DNA of 64,000 bases from an uncultured Spirochaetales bacterium (GCA_944390045.1 CALXOO010000004.1:4464-68463), one strand, 5' to 3'. Counted from the stretch's first letter, positions 25,908-35,365 are shown. Notes: generated by a model not told the origin, from the sequence alone. Numbers and translations are program-made.

Positions 25908-26531
25908 TCAGCCTGCCCGCGGCGGCTCCTGATCAGATTCGAGTATGCTCTTCACGAGATAGAGCCTTGAGGCCTCATCAAGCACGGCCTCGTCAAGCAG
26001 GCGCCTGCTGCTGGAAGCCTGCATCTGGTCAACCGCCTCACCGTAGTCTCCCATCACAGGCACACGGACAGTGCTGCGGGACAGTGCTGCGGCATCCAGG
26101 GACTTTACCATGCCCTCCGGTTCTGTCGACAGACGGCAGCCCCGGAAGGACAGGCCTTCCTTAGTCCTGCTGGCAGAAGAACAGAAGACACGGCAGATCA
26201 CGGGTCTTGCCCCGTACACCGTGCAGCGGTGAGTGTCCATGTTGTAGAGCGGACAGCAGTCATGCTCAGTGCTCCAGCCGTGCAGGAAGGAGATGTCCCG
26301 CTTCTGCACATCGACAAGCGTGAAGGCCAGAGCCAGTGCCTCAAGACGCGTTATGTCTGGAATGAAGCGCTCACAGCACCTGCCGCAGACCCCGGGACAC
26401 CTGATCCCGAAGGAAGAGCAGAAGTCATCGAAATCATGCTCGATCGAATGATAATACTCCAGAATGGCAGACAGCTCATCATGCACACTCGTGCCTCTGT
26501 ACCTGTCCAGTTCCTTGATAATTCCGTTCAC
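25908..26531 (-). CDS. YkgJ-family (CxxCxxCC) cysteine-cluster protein
   Basis: CPGVCGRCCERF motif plus further conserved Cys residues. GTG start at 26531. Confidence 0.65.
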   Translation of the reverse strand: MNGIIKELDRYRGTSVHDELSAILEYYHSIEHDFDDFCSSFGIRCPGVCGRCCERFIPDITRLEALALAFTLVDVQKRDISFLHGWSTEHDCCPLYNMDTHRCTVYGARPVICRVFCSSASRTKEGLSFRGCRLSTEPEGMVKSLDAAALSRSTVRVPVMGDYGEAVDQMQASSSRRLLDEAVLDEASRLYLVKSILESDQEPPRAG

Positions 26532-26628
26532 GGAAAAAGGGTTTTATCACAACTCGTGCAGATTCTTCAAGCTGTTCTCTATTGACTATTTTTCCCGTTG
26601 TTGATTTATTTTCCAGTCAAGGAACAAA

Positions 26629-26671
26629 GACGTTCAGGGCGCATCAGCGCGCCCTGCGCGTCTTTTTTTTT
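26629..26671 (+). terminator. terminator-type hairpin in the leader of the glutamate synthase operon (attenuator candidate)
   Basis: GACG..CAGGGCGC (26629-26642), loop ATCAGC, GCGCCCTG..CGTC (26649-26662), then T9 (26663-26671). The ATG lies 21 nt downstream, and the upstream gene is divergent. Confidence 0.6.
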
Positions 26672-26691
26672 ATCTGACGGGGGACGGTACT

Positions 26692-27786
26692 ATGATGAAG
26701 GAAGGAGAAGTTAGAATACCTTCTGGCTGTGCCATCTGCGGAATCTTCTCGCGGGACGGCAGCCAGATCTGCGGAGACAGGATTGCCCATGCCATAGCGC
26801 TGATGCACAACAGGTCCAACGGACTGGGCGGCGGCTTTGCCGGCTACGGGATATACCCGCAGTACAGGGATCACTACGCACTGCACATTTTCTATGACAG
26901 TCTGAAATCCAGAGAGGAGACCGAACGCTTTCTTGACAGCCACTTCGACATCATCAACCTTTCCAAGATACCAGTGCGACAGACAGACCAGATCACGGAT
27001 CCTCCCCTCATCTGGCGCTATTTCGTCTCCCCTCTGGTCCATAAGATCCAGGACAGCCAGCTGGAGGAGAACGAATACACCGCCCGCTGCATGATCAGGA
27101 TCAACAATCTCATTGAGGGTGCCTATGTGTTCAGCTGCGGCAAGAACATGGGCGTGTTCAAGGCGGTTGGCTATCCGGAGGATGTGGCCCGCTTCTACAG
27201 ACTTGAGGACTATTCAGGCTATGCCTGGACAGCCCACGGGCGCTACCCCACCAACACCCCCGGCTGGTGGGGCGGTGCCCATCCATTCGCGCTGCTGGAC
27301 CTGTCTGTTGTCCATAACGGGGAGATTTCAAGCTACGACGCCAACCGGAGGGCGGTCGAGATGTACGACTACAAGTGCAACCTGCTGACGGACACTGAGG
27401 TCATCACCTACATTCTGGACTACCTGACGAGAAAGGAGAAACTCACCCTTGAGGAGTGTGCGAATGTCATAGCGGCGCCCTTCTGGTCCACCATTGCGCT
27501 CAAGGACGGGCAAGAGGCGGCAAGACTGGCCTATCTGAGAAAGATGTACTCTTCATTCCTGATCACCGGCCCCTTTTCCATCCTCGTGGGCTTCACCGGC
27601 GGAATGATGGCACTCAATGACAGACTGAAGCTGAGGAGTCTGGTTGTCGGAGAGAAAGGACGCACAGTCTATTTCTCAAGCGAGGAAGCGGCGATAAGGG
27701 CCGTCGAGCCGGAGCTAGACCGCATCTGGGCCCCGGCCGGCGGACAGCCTGTGATCGTCACTCTTGATGAGGGGGTGCGGATATGA
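26692..27786 (+). CDS. class-II (Ntn) glutamine amidotransferase subunit of split archaeal-type glutamate synthase
   Basis: N-terminal ...SGCAICGIFSRDG nucleophile region and HNGEISSY. First of three translationally overlapped genes. Confidence 0.8.
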   Translation: MMKEGEVRIPSGCAICGIFSRDGSQICGDRIAHAIALMHNRSNGLGGGFAGYGIYPQYRDHYALHIFYDSLKSREETERFLDSHFDIINLSKIPVRQTDQITDPPLIWRYFVSPLVHKIQDSQLEENEYTARCMIRINNLIEGAYVFSCGKNMGVFKAVGYPEDVARFYRLEDYSGYAWTAHGRYPTNTPGWWGGAHPFALLDLSVVHNGEISSYDANRRAVEMYDYKCNLLTDTEVITYILDYLTRKEKLTLEECANVIAAPFWSTIALKDGQEAARLAYLRKMYSSFLITGPFSILVGFTGGMMALNDRLKLRSLVVGEKGRTVYFSSEEAAIRAVEPELDRIWAPAGGQPVIVTLDEGVRI

Positions 27787-29276
27787 ATCTCATACCATCA
27801 CGCTACAGGATCAACCTGAGGAAAGAGGAATGTATCCAGTGCAGGCGCTGCACACGCGAATGCTCATTCCATGCAATCGAGTTCCGTGGCGGGCTTGTCT
27901 TCAACCACGAAAAGTGCGTCGACTGCCAGCGCTGTGTGGCAATGTGCCCCAGAGATGCATTGTATATAACGAAGAACGAGAACCGCTTCGCCTGCCACGC
28001 GGTTTACAGTACGGAAGCGCTGAAAGAGATATACAGACAGAGCGAGGCCGGCGGCGTACTCCTGTCATCCATGGGCTCACCCGGAAGGACGGTGCCCATC
28101 TACTTCGATCACCTGCTGCTGAACGCGAGCCAGGTCACGAATCCCTCCATAGACCCGCTCAGGGAGCCTATGGAGACCCGGACATTCATCGGAAGGCGGC
28201 CTGAGCACGTGGAAAGGGATGAGGTAGGAAGGCTGATAGACAACCTTCCGCCTCATCTCGAGCTTCAGACCCCGATAATGTTCTCGGCCATGAGTTATGG
28301 TGCGGTGTCTCTGAACGTCCAGCGTGCGCTGGCAATGGCGGCAGCCAGGACGGGAACCTGTTTCAACTGCGGAGAGGGAGGACTTCACGAATCACTGTAT
28401 CAGTATGCCGCAAACACAATAGTCCAGGTGGCAAGCGGCCGCTTCGGCGTTCATGAGACCTACCTGAACAGCGCAAGCGCCATCGAGATCAAGATAGGCC
28501 AGGGTGCCAAGCCTGGCATCGGGGGCCACCTCACCGGAGCAAAGATCATCGGGGATGTGTCCAAGACGCGGATGGTTCCGGAAGGCATTGACGCGATCAG
28601 CCCTGCCCCGCACCACGACATCTACTCGATCGAGGACCTCAGACAGCTTGTCAGCAGCCTCAAGGAGGCAACGGGATACAGGAAGCCCGTCATAGTGAAA
28701 GTGGCCGCCGTGCACAACATCGCCCCGATTGCAAGCGGCATTGCCCGTTCCGGTGCCGACATCATCACAATCGACGGCTTCAGGGGCGGAACAGGCGCCG
28801 CTCCCATGAGGATAAGGGACAATGTCGGACTGCCGATCGAGCTGGCAATAGCCGCTGTGGACCAGAGGCTGAGGGATGAGAAGATCAGGGACCGCGTCAG
28901 CGTGATCGCGAGCGGAGGCATCAGGAACAGCACGGACGTAGTCAAGGCAATTGCGCTTGGAGCCGATGCAGTCTCAGTCGGAACCGCGGCGCTGTGCGCG
29001 CTCGGCTGTCATCTGTGTGCCTCCTGCCACAGCGGGTCCTGTGCCTGGGGCATAGCGACGCAGAAGCCGGAGCTGGTTGACAGGCTTGACCCGGAAGAGG
29101 GAGCAGAAAGGCTTTGCAATCTCATCTCAGCTTGGACCAGCGAGATCAAGGAGATCATGGGCGGAATGGGCATAAACAGCATAGAGGCGCTCAGGGGCAA
29201 CAGACTGGCACTGAGGGCCGTCGGACTCAATTCAAGGGAGCTGGCTGTCCTCGGAGTCAAATATGGAGGTGAATGA
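27783..29276 (+). CDS. glutamate synthase FMN/Fe-S (GltB central domain-like) subunit with N-terminal ferredoxin-like Cys clusters
   Basis: CIQCRRCTRECSF and CVDCQRCVAMCP 4Fe-4S motifs, then ...GEGGL...KPGIGGHL...ASGGIRNSTDVVKAIALGAD, typical of the glutamate synthase FMN domain. Confidence 0.85.
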   Translation: MNLIPSRYRINLRKEECIQCRRCTRECSFHAIEFRGGLVFNHEKCVDCQRCVAMCPRDALYITKNENRFACHAVYSTEALKEIYRQSEAGGVLLSSMGSPGRTVPIYFDHLLLNASQVTNPSIDPLREPMETRTFIGRRPEHVERDEVGRLIDNLPPHLELQTPIMFSAMSYGAVSLNVQRALAMAAARTGTCFNCGEGGLHESLYQYAANTIVQVASGRFGVHETYLNSASAIEIKIGQGAKPGIGGHLTGAKIIGDVSKTRMVPEGIDAISPAPHHDIYSIEDLRQLVSSLKEATGYRKPVIVKVAAVHNIAPIASGIARSGADIITIDGFRGGTGAAPMRIRDNVGLPIELAIAAVDQRLRDEKIRDRVSVIASGGIRNSTDVVKAIALGADAVSVGTAALCALGCHLCASCHSGSCAWGIATQKPELVDRLDPEEGAERLCNLISAWTSEIKEIMGGMGINSIEALRGNRLALRAVGLNSRELAVLGVKYGGE

Positions 29277-30004
29277 TGTCAGTGCAGGTAAACGCGTCCC
29301 AAGTCGATGAGAGGACACTTAAGGATCTGATTGAGTCGGAAAGCAACATTGAAGTCACAGGCTGTCTGGGACAGCGCTATCTCGGAGTTGCCAGGAAGTG
29401 CGGACAGCTCAGAATAACGGGAACACCGGGCAACGGCCTGGCAAGCTATCTGGACGGCGGCGAGATCTATGTTCACGGAAACGTGCAGGATGCCGTGGCT
29501 GACACGATGAACGACGGTTTTCTGGCAGTTGACGGGAATGCAGGAGATGCACTGTGCTATGCGATGCGCGGCGGACGTGTCTTCATCCGAGGCAATGCCG
29601 GATACAGGGCAGGAGTCCACATGAAGGCCTACAGGGAGAGACAGAGCATTCTGGTCATCGGAGGCAGGGCCGGTTCCTTCCTGGGCGAGTATCTGGCGGG
29701 AGGCACGATTGCAGTGCTGGGACTGGACTGCCCCGCCGGCAGCCAGCTCACAGGCTATTTCTGCGCGAACGGGATGTACGCAGGAAGCATCTACCTCAGG
29801 ACAACGGCAAGGCCCGTGGGTCTGTCTGACAAGCTCAGCTGCCACCTGATGGACGGGGAAGAGAAGAAGGCGAAGCTGGAAGGTCTGATCAGAGACTACG
29901 CCTCAGCCTTCTCTCTTGATGCGCAGCAGATCCTCTCGGGCCCCTTTCTCTCGATTGAGGCCGATCCGCACAAAAGCTACAGGCAGTTATACGCGACCCT
30001 TTGA
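29273..30004 (+). CDS. GXGXG-motif (glutamate synthase alpha C-terminal domain-like) subunit
   Basis: Repeated G-x-G beta-helix pattern (GTPGNGLASYLDGGEIYVHGNVQDAV..., GNAGYRAGVHM). ATGA overlap with the previous gene. Confidence 0.8.
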   Translation: MMSVQVNASQVDERTLKDLIESESNIEVTGCLGQRYLGVARKCGQLRITGTPGNGLASYLDGGEIYVHGNVQDAVADTMNDGFLAVDGNAGDALCYAMRGGRVFIRGNAGYRAGVHMKAYRERQSILVIGGRAGSFLGEYLAGGTIAVLGLDCPAGSQLTGYFCANGMYAGSIYLRTTARPVGLSDKLSCHLMDGEEKKAKLEGLIRDYASAFSLDAQQILSGPFLSIEADPHKSYRQLYATL

Positions 30005-31594
30005 GGAAGCGAGGATGAAGCGGTCGAAGAGGGGGTGAACCTTGTTCGGCCGGCTCTTGAACTCCGGATGGAACTGGACCGCGACAAAGAAGTCAGGACC
30101 GGGGATCTCCATCGCCTCGACCAGAAGACCGTCCGGGCTGGTTCCGCTGAAGACCACCCCGGACTCCTCAAGTCTCTTCCTGAAGACATTCGAGACCTCG
30201 TAGCGGTGACGGTGGCGCTCCTGAATGAGGCTGGATCCATAGATGTCTCTCAGGAGGGTTCCGCTGCCGATGGCGCATGGATAGGAGCCCAGGCGCATGG
30301 TGCCGCCCTTGGAGACGATGCCGCGCTGATCATCCATTAGGTCGATCACGCACTCGCTGCCATCACTGTCGAACTCGCGTGAGTTTGCCTCCTTCAGGCC
30401 GGCAAGATCCCTTGCCGCCTCTATGACAGCCACCTGCATGCCGAGACAGATTCCGAGATATGGAATGTTGTGCTCTCTCGCATAGCGTGCGCACAGCACC
30501 ATTCCCTCTATTCCGCGCGCTCCGAAGCCGCCGGGAACAAGAATGCCGTCAGCACCGGAAAGAAGGGCGTCAGCTCCTCTTGATTCCACTTCCTCCGTGT
30601 CCACAAAGTCCAGCCCGAGTTCAAGACAGTTGCTGCTTGCCGCATGATAGAGCGCCTCGTTTATCGACATGTATGCATCATGCAGCTTGACATATTTGCC
30701 GCAGATCGCGATCCTCACCCTGCCCTTCTTCGGTCCCTTCATTCTGCTGACGGCAGCCTTCCAGCTGGCCAGATCGCAGGGCGCGGCCTGAAGGGCCAGC
30801 CGTGAGACGACATATTCGTCAAAGCCCCGGTCATGAAGCAGGAGCGGGACCTCATAGATCGGGCTGACATTCTCGTTTCCGATCACGGCCCGGGAGGGCA
30901 CATTGCAAAAGAGGGCTATCTTGTCCAGCAGCTCACGTTCAAGCGGCTTATCACTTCGCGCTATGATACAGTCAGGCATGATTCCCATTCCCTGGAGTTC
31001 ATGCACGGAATGCTGGCTCGGCTTTGTCTTGTATTCCCCGCTGCAGGCGAGATAGGGCACGAGGACGACATGGATGAACATGCAGTTTCCGCTACCGACC
31101 TGGCTTCTCAGCTGCCTGGCCGCCTCCAGAAAGGGCTGCGACTCGATATCACCGATTGTGCCGCCGATCTCGGTGATGACCACATCGGCACCTGTATATT
31201 CCCCCAGTGAGAATATGGCGGACTTTATCTCATCAGTCACGTGGGGAATGATCTGTACTGTCTTGCCCAGATATTCACCCCTGCGCTCTCTTGTCAGGAT
31301 ATTCCAGTACACTCTTCCGCTGGTCAGATTGCTCTTGCTGTTCAGGTTCTCGTCAATGAATCTCTCGTAGTGGCCCAGGTCAAGATCCGTCTCGGCTCCG
31401 TCTTCGGTGACGAAGACCTCACCATGCTGATAAGGACTCATTGTGCCCGGATCGACATTGAGATAGGGATCCAGCTTCTGTGCGGCGACCCTGATCCCGC
31501 GCTGTTTCAGCAGCAGCCCCAGGCTTGCGGCGGTGACGCCCTTGCCAAGACCTGAGACCACACCGCCAGTGACGAAAATGTACTTTCTCTCCAT
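29987..31594 (-). CDS. pyrG: CTP synthase (glutamine-hydrolysing)
   Basis: ATG 31594 after GGAGG. MERKYIFVTGGVVSGLGKG, GICLGMQ and FFVAVQFHPEF. The 3' end overlaps the convergent GXGXG gene by 18 nt. Confidence 0.93.
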   Translation of the reverse strand: MERKYIFVTGGVVSGLGKGVTAASLGLLLKQRGIRVAAQKLDPYLNVDPGTMSPYQHGEVFVTEDGAETDLDLGHYERFIDENLNSKSNLTSGRVYWNILTRERRGEYLGKTVQIIPHVTDEIKSAIFSLGEYTGADVVITEIGGTIGDIESQPFLEAARQLRSQVGSGNCMFIHVVLVPYLACSGEYKTKPSQHSVHELQGMGIMPDCIIARSDKPLERELLDKIALFCNVPSRAVIGNENVSPIYEVPLLLHDRGFDEYVVSRLALQAAPCDLASWKAAVSRMKGPKKGRVRIAICGKYVKLHDAYMSINEALYHAASSNCLELGLDFVDTEEVESRGADALLSGADGILVPGGFGARGIEGMVLCARYAREHNIPYLGICLGMQVAVIEAARDLAGLKEANSREFDSDGSECVIDLMDDQRGIVSKGGTMRLGSYPCAIGSGTLLRDIYGSSLIQERHRHRYEVSNVFRKRLEESGVVFSGTSPDGLLVEAMEIPGPDFFVAVQFHPEFKSRPNKVHPLFDRFILASSKGRV

Positions 31595-31603
31595 ATTTCC
31601 TCC

Positions 31604-31642
31604 AAAAGAGAAAGGGACGTCCATCCGGCAGATGAACGTCCC
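31604..31642 (-). terminator. terminator-type hairpin in the pyrG leader (attenuator candidate)
   Basis: Minus strand GGGACGT (31642-31636), 15-nt loop, ACGTCCC (31620-31614), then TTTCTCTTTT (31613-31604), directly followed by GGAGGAAATATG. Confidence 0.5.
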
Positions 31643-31658
31643 TGTTCCAACGGGCTTA

Positions 31659-31688
31659 TTTATAGTACCTGGAATCAGGGCGTGTCAA
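31659..31688 (-). promoter_or_regulatory. sigma70-like promoter of pyrG
   Basis: Minus strand TTGACA (31688-31683), 18-nt spacer, TATAAA (31664-31659). Confidence 0.5.
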
Positions 31689-31834
31689 TTGAGGAAGCTG
31701 CGACAGAAAGGAAGATCATGGCCTTTCTGCACAAATACTTGCCAGGAAAACCTGAAGGATTTCTGAAAACCGGGCTTCCGCCTCTTTTCATTTTCAGGTC
31801 TTTATTGTAGCCTTCTGGCAATCGCAGAGGACAA

Positions 31835-31892
31835 GGATGTCCAATGTGCAAGATAATAGCATCTTGTGCATTGGGCATCCTTTTTCGTTTTC
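31835..31892 (+). terminator. strong terminator-type hairpin in the asnB leader (attenuator candidate)
   Basis: 20-bp stem GGATGTCCAATGTGCAAGAT (31835-31854) / ATCTTGTGCATTGGGCATCC (31861-31880), with 17 Watson-Crick and 3 G-U pairs. Loop AATAGC, then TTTTTCGTTTTC. The asnB RBS follows immediately. Confidence 0.65.
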
Positions 31893-31908
31893 AGGAGGAA
31901 GAGGAGAG

Positions 31909-33498
31909 ATGTGTACAGTGTTTGCCTATTCCGGCACAAGACTCGGGGAAGAGGGGCTCATGGCCCTGCTGAGTGAGACGAGAATGAGGGGCCCCGACAT
32001 GCAGAGGATCGTGAGTCTGGGCAGCGATGGAGTGATGGCCTTCCAGCGCCTGTCGATCATGGGTCTGGACGAGGCGGGAATGCAGCCATTCGTGAATGAT
32101 GGGATCACGAGCGTCACCAACGGCGAGCTCTACGGCTTCCGCCCCGTCAGAAGACAGCTTGAGGAGGAAGGCTGCGTCTTCCATTCAGACAGCGACTGCG
32201 AGCTGGTCAACCATCTATACAGGAAGTACGGCGTAAGGATGTTCCAGTACCTTGACGCCGAGTTCGCAACAATAATCCACGACCCTTCTGCCGGCTTCAT
32301 CGCCGCCCGCGATCCGATCGGCATCCGTCCGCTTTTCTATGGCTACGATCAGGACGGAAAGATAGCCTTTGCCAGTGAGGCCAGGATGCTTGAGGGGCTG
32401 TGCGGAAAGATACTGCCCTTCCCTCCTGGCAGGTACTATGTCAATGGGGAGTTCCATATTTACAATGACATTTCCCACGTGAGCTCATTCACACAGGAAG
32501 ATGAGGAGACTGTCACATCAAGAATCAGGGAGAAGCTCATCGCGGCCGTGGACAAGCGTCTGGACAGTGATGCGCCTGTGGGCTTTTTACTTTCAGGAGG
32601 CCTGGACAGCAGCCTTGTCTGCGCCATTGCCTCCAGGATACTCGGCAGGCCCATCAGGACTTTCGCCATCGGGATGGACAGGGATCCGATCGATGCCAGG
32701 TATGCACAGATTGTCGCCGGTCACATCAAAAGCGAGCACACGCTTGTGTCCATAACGCGTGATGATGCGCTCGGAGCGCTGGAGGAAGTGATCAGGTGTC
32801 TGGCCACCTGGGACATCACGACAATCAGGGCCAGTGTCGGCATGTATCTCCTGTGCAAGTACATACACGAGCATACGGACATCCGGGTCCTGCTGACGGG
32901 TGAGGTCTCGGATGAGCTTTTCGGATACAAGTACACTGATTTCGCCCCAAACGCAGAAGAGTTCCAGAAAGAAAGCGAGAAACGGGTCAGGGAACTGTAC
33001 TGCTACGACGTGCTCAGGGCCGACAGGTGCATCGCCGACAATTCCATGGAGGCCCGGGTGCCATTCGGGGACCTTGACTTCGCCTCCTACGTCCTGTCAG
33101 TCCGCCCGGAACTTAAGATGAACCGCACGGGAATAGGCAAATACCTGCTCAGGAAGGCCTTCGATGACGGCAGCAACTGGCTTCCGCAGTCCATTCTCTA
33201 CCGTCAGAAAGCAGCCTTCAGCGATGCGGTCGGACACTCCCTGGTGGATGATCTGAAGGCATACGCTGATGAAGTATTCTGCGGCCGCGACTGGAAGGCG
33301 ATGTGCTCAGACTACCCGGAAGCCGGCAGGCCATTCACGAAGGAGTCGCTGCTGTACAGGACGATCTTCGAGAAATACTACCCGGGCCAGAGCGCCATGA
33401 TCCCGGACTTCTGGATGCCGAACAGGCAGTGGGAAGGCTGCAGGGTTGATGACCCCTCGGCCAGGGTACTGTCAAACTACGGCGACAGCGGGAAGTGA
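31909..33498 (+). CDS. asnB: asparagine synthase (glutamine-hydrolysing)
   Basis: ATG 31909 after AGGAGGAAGAGGAG gives the MC... Ntn nucleophile Cys2. PP-loop SGGLDSS. The track ORF start at 31837 would bury the catalytic Cys. Confidence 0.9.
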   Translation: MCTVFAYSGTRLGEEGLMALLSETRMRGPDMQRIVSLGSDGVMAFQRLSIMGLDEAGMQPFVNDGITSVTNGELYGFRPVRRQLEEEGCVFHSDSDCELVNHLYRKYGVRMFQYLDAEFATIIHDPSAGFIAARDPIGIRPLFYGYDQDGKIAFASEARMLEGLCGKILPFPPGRYYVNGEFHIYNDISHVSSFTQEDEETVTSRIREKLIAAVDKRLDSDAPVGFLLSGGLDSSLVCAIASRILGRPIRTFAIGMDRDPIDARYAQIVAGHIKSEHTLVSITRDDALGALEEVIRCLATWDITTIRASVGMYLLCKYIHEHTDIRVLLTGEVSDELFGYKYTDFAPNAEEFQKESEKRVRELYCYDVLRADRCIADNSMEARVPFGDLDFASYVLSVRPELKMNRTGIGKYLLRKAFDDGSNWLPQSILYRQKAAFSDAVGHSLVDDLKAYADEVFCGRDWKAMCSDYPEAGRPFTKESLLYRTIFEKYYPGQSAMIPDFWMPNRQWEGCRVDDPSARVLSNYGDSGK

Positions 33499-33633
33499 GA
33501 CAGCCTCCAATTAACCTTTTTCCGGAAGCGGTGTGGGCAGTCCATGCCGCTTCCCCTTTCCCCGGCAAGTTAATTCCAGCAAACTCTTTCCTCTCCTACC
33601 CCTTTTGATTATCCTTGCCAGAGGAGGATTACA

Positions 33634-34359
33634 ATGCTCACATTGAACCATATAAATTGGTCCACGCCGGAAGGCGTGCCGATCCTCAGGGATCTGTCCC
33701 TGGAGATCGGGGACAACGCACTGACAGTCATCACCGGGCCCAACGGAGGGGGCAAGACCACACTTGCGAAAGTGATTGTCGGTCTGCTCCGGCCCTCCGG
33801 AGGAAGCATTCTTCTGGATGGCGAGGACATCACGGAGCTTGACGTGACAGGCCGGGCCAGGAAGGGCATAAGCTATGCCTTCCAGCAGCCCGTGCGATTC
33901 AAAGGGCTTACAGTACATGACCTGCTTGAACTCGGCAGCGGCGGCACGCTGAGCGACACCCAGGTCTGCGCTCTGCTGTCTAAGGTAGGACTCTGCGCCC
34001 GTGACTACAAGGACAGGGAGGTAAATGCATCCCTTTCCGGCGGAGAGATCAAGCGCATTGAGATCGCAAGCGTACTGGCCAGGGACAGCCGTCTGGTCAT
34101 CTTCGACGAACCGGAAGCAGGAATCGACCTGTGGTCATTCAGCGGCCTCATCCAGGCCTTCGAGGAGATGAAGAACAGCCACAAGGCCAGTCAGATCATA
34201 ATAAGCCACCAGGAAAGAATACTCGAGGTGGCTGACAGAATCGTTGTCGTTGAAAACGGGAAGGTCGCCAGGGACGGAAGCAGGGAAGAGATCCTGCCCA
34301 CACTGACAAGCGTTGCGGCCTGTCCCATCGGACGGGACAACCTGGGAGAGAGATTATGA
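33634..34359 (+). CDS. sufC: SufC-like Fe-S cluster assembly ATPase
   Basis: Walker A GPNGGGKTT, LSGGEIKRIEIA and Walker B LVIFDEPEAGIDL. Followed by a SufB/D-family gene with ATGA overlap. Confidence 0.7.
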   Translation: MLTLNHINWSTPEGVPILRDLSLEIGDNALTVITGPNGGGKTTLAKVIVGLLRPSGGSILLDGEDITELDVTGRARKGISYAFQQPVRFKGLTVHDLLELGSGGTLSDTQVCALLSKVGLCARDYKDREVNASLSGGEIKRIEIASVLARDSRLVIFDEPEAGIDLWSFSGLIQAFEEMKNSHKASQIIISHQERILEVADRIVVVENGKVARDGSREEILPTLTSVAACPIGRDNLGERL

Positions 34360-35285
34360 GCGAGAATGAGAATGATAAGCTGCTGGACCTCATCGCAAAC
34401 TGGAATGAGATAAAGGCCTCTAGCTGTGCCCACAACATCAGGCAGAACGGCAGAAGCGTCGAGAGGATGAGCACAGAGAACATCCAGATCATCCCGAAAG
34501 AGGACGGGAGCGGACTGGACATAAGGATCGCCGCCGGCACAAAGGGTGAGAAGGTGGCGATACCGGCCTGCGTCACCGCCGCGAACATTGACGACCTAGT
34601 CTACAACGACTTCTATGTCGGAGAGGGTGCGGATGTGACCATCATAGCCGGCTGCGGAATCCATGTGCACAACGGAGAGGAGGCCCGGCACAGCGGCATT
34701 CACCGCTTCTTCATGGGAAGAGACAGCAAGGCAGTCTACCTTGAGAAGCATGTGGGAACCGGCGGCAGGAGAGACACTAAGAGAGTCATCGACCCTGTCA
34801 CTGAAGTCTATCTGGAAGAAGGAAGCTGTCTTGAGATGGACACAAGCCAGATCGGCGGAGTCGATTCAACGAAACGCATCACAAAGGGCTCTGTGAAGGC
34901 AGGCGCGAAGCTCATCATAAAGGAGCACCTGCTGACAGAAGGAGAAGAGAGGGCCTCGACCAGCTTCCAGGTGACGCTGGACGGGGACGGCAGTGCCGTA
35001 GACCTCGTCTCGCGCTCCGTGGCGAAAGATCACTCATACCAGGAGTACAGGTCCGAGATAGTCGGCAACGCAGTGTGTACCGGACACAGTGAATGCGATG
35101 CGATCATCACCGGCAGCGGACGGGTCAACGCCTCCCCTGCCCTCTACGCGGCAAACGAGGATGCCTCTCTGATACATGAGGCTGCGATCGGCAAGATAGC
35201 CGGAGAGCAGATCATGAAGCTCAGGACCTTCGGACTGACTGAGGAGGAGGCTGAGCAGAAGATCATTGAAGGCTTCCTCCGCTGA
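34356..35285 (+). CDS. SufB/SufD-family Fe-S assembly scaffold protein
   Basis: 309 aa. C-terminal ...ASLIHEAAIGKIAGEQIMKLRTFGLTEEEAEQKIIEGFL is typical of the SufBD beta-helix C-terminus. Confidence 0.7.
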   Translation: MSENENDKLLDLIANWNEIKASSCAHNIRQNGRSVERMSTENIQIIPKEDGSGLDIRIAAGTKGEKVAIPACVTAANIDDLVYNDFYVGEGADVTIIAGCGIHVHNGEEARHSGIHRFFMGRDSKAVYLEKHVGTGGRRDTKRVIDPVTEVYLEEGSCLEMDTSQIGGVDSTKRITKGSVKAGAKLIIKEHLLTEGEERASTSFQVTLDGDGSAVDLVSRSVAKDHSYQEYRSEIVGNAVCTGHSECDAIITGSGRVNASPALYAANEDASLIHEAAIGKIAGEQIMKLRTFGLTEEEAEQKIIEGFLR

Positions 35286-35329
35286 AAAGGCAGCGGGGAT
35301 GGCTGAAAGACAGCTTGTGACAAATGCAG

Positions 35330-35365
35330 CAGGGCAGGATTCCGTCCTGCCCTGTCTGTATTCTG
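35330..35365 (+). terminator. terminator after sufCB
   Basis: Perfect 10-bp stem CAGGGCAGGA (35330-35339) / TCCTGCCCTG (35345-35354), followed by TCTGTATTCTG. Confidence 0.6.

Noticed and set aside
31690-31908. T-box riboswitch upstream of asnB
   Set aside because: There is no sequence resembling the T-box consensus (…GGGTGGTACCGCG…) overlapping the terminator 5' arm, and no obvious specifier-loop architecture.
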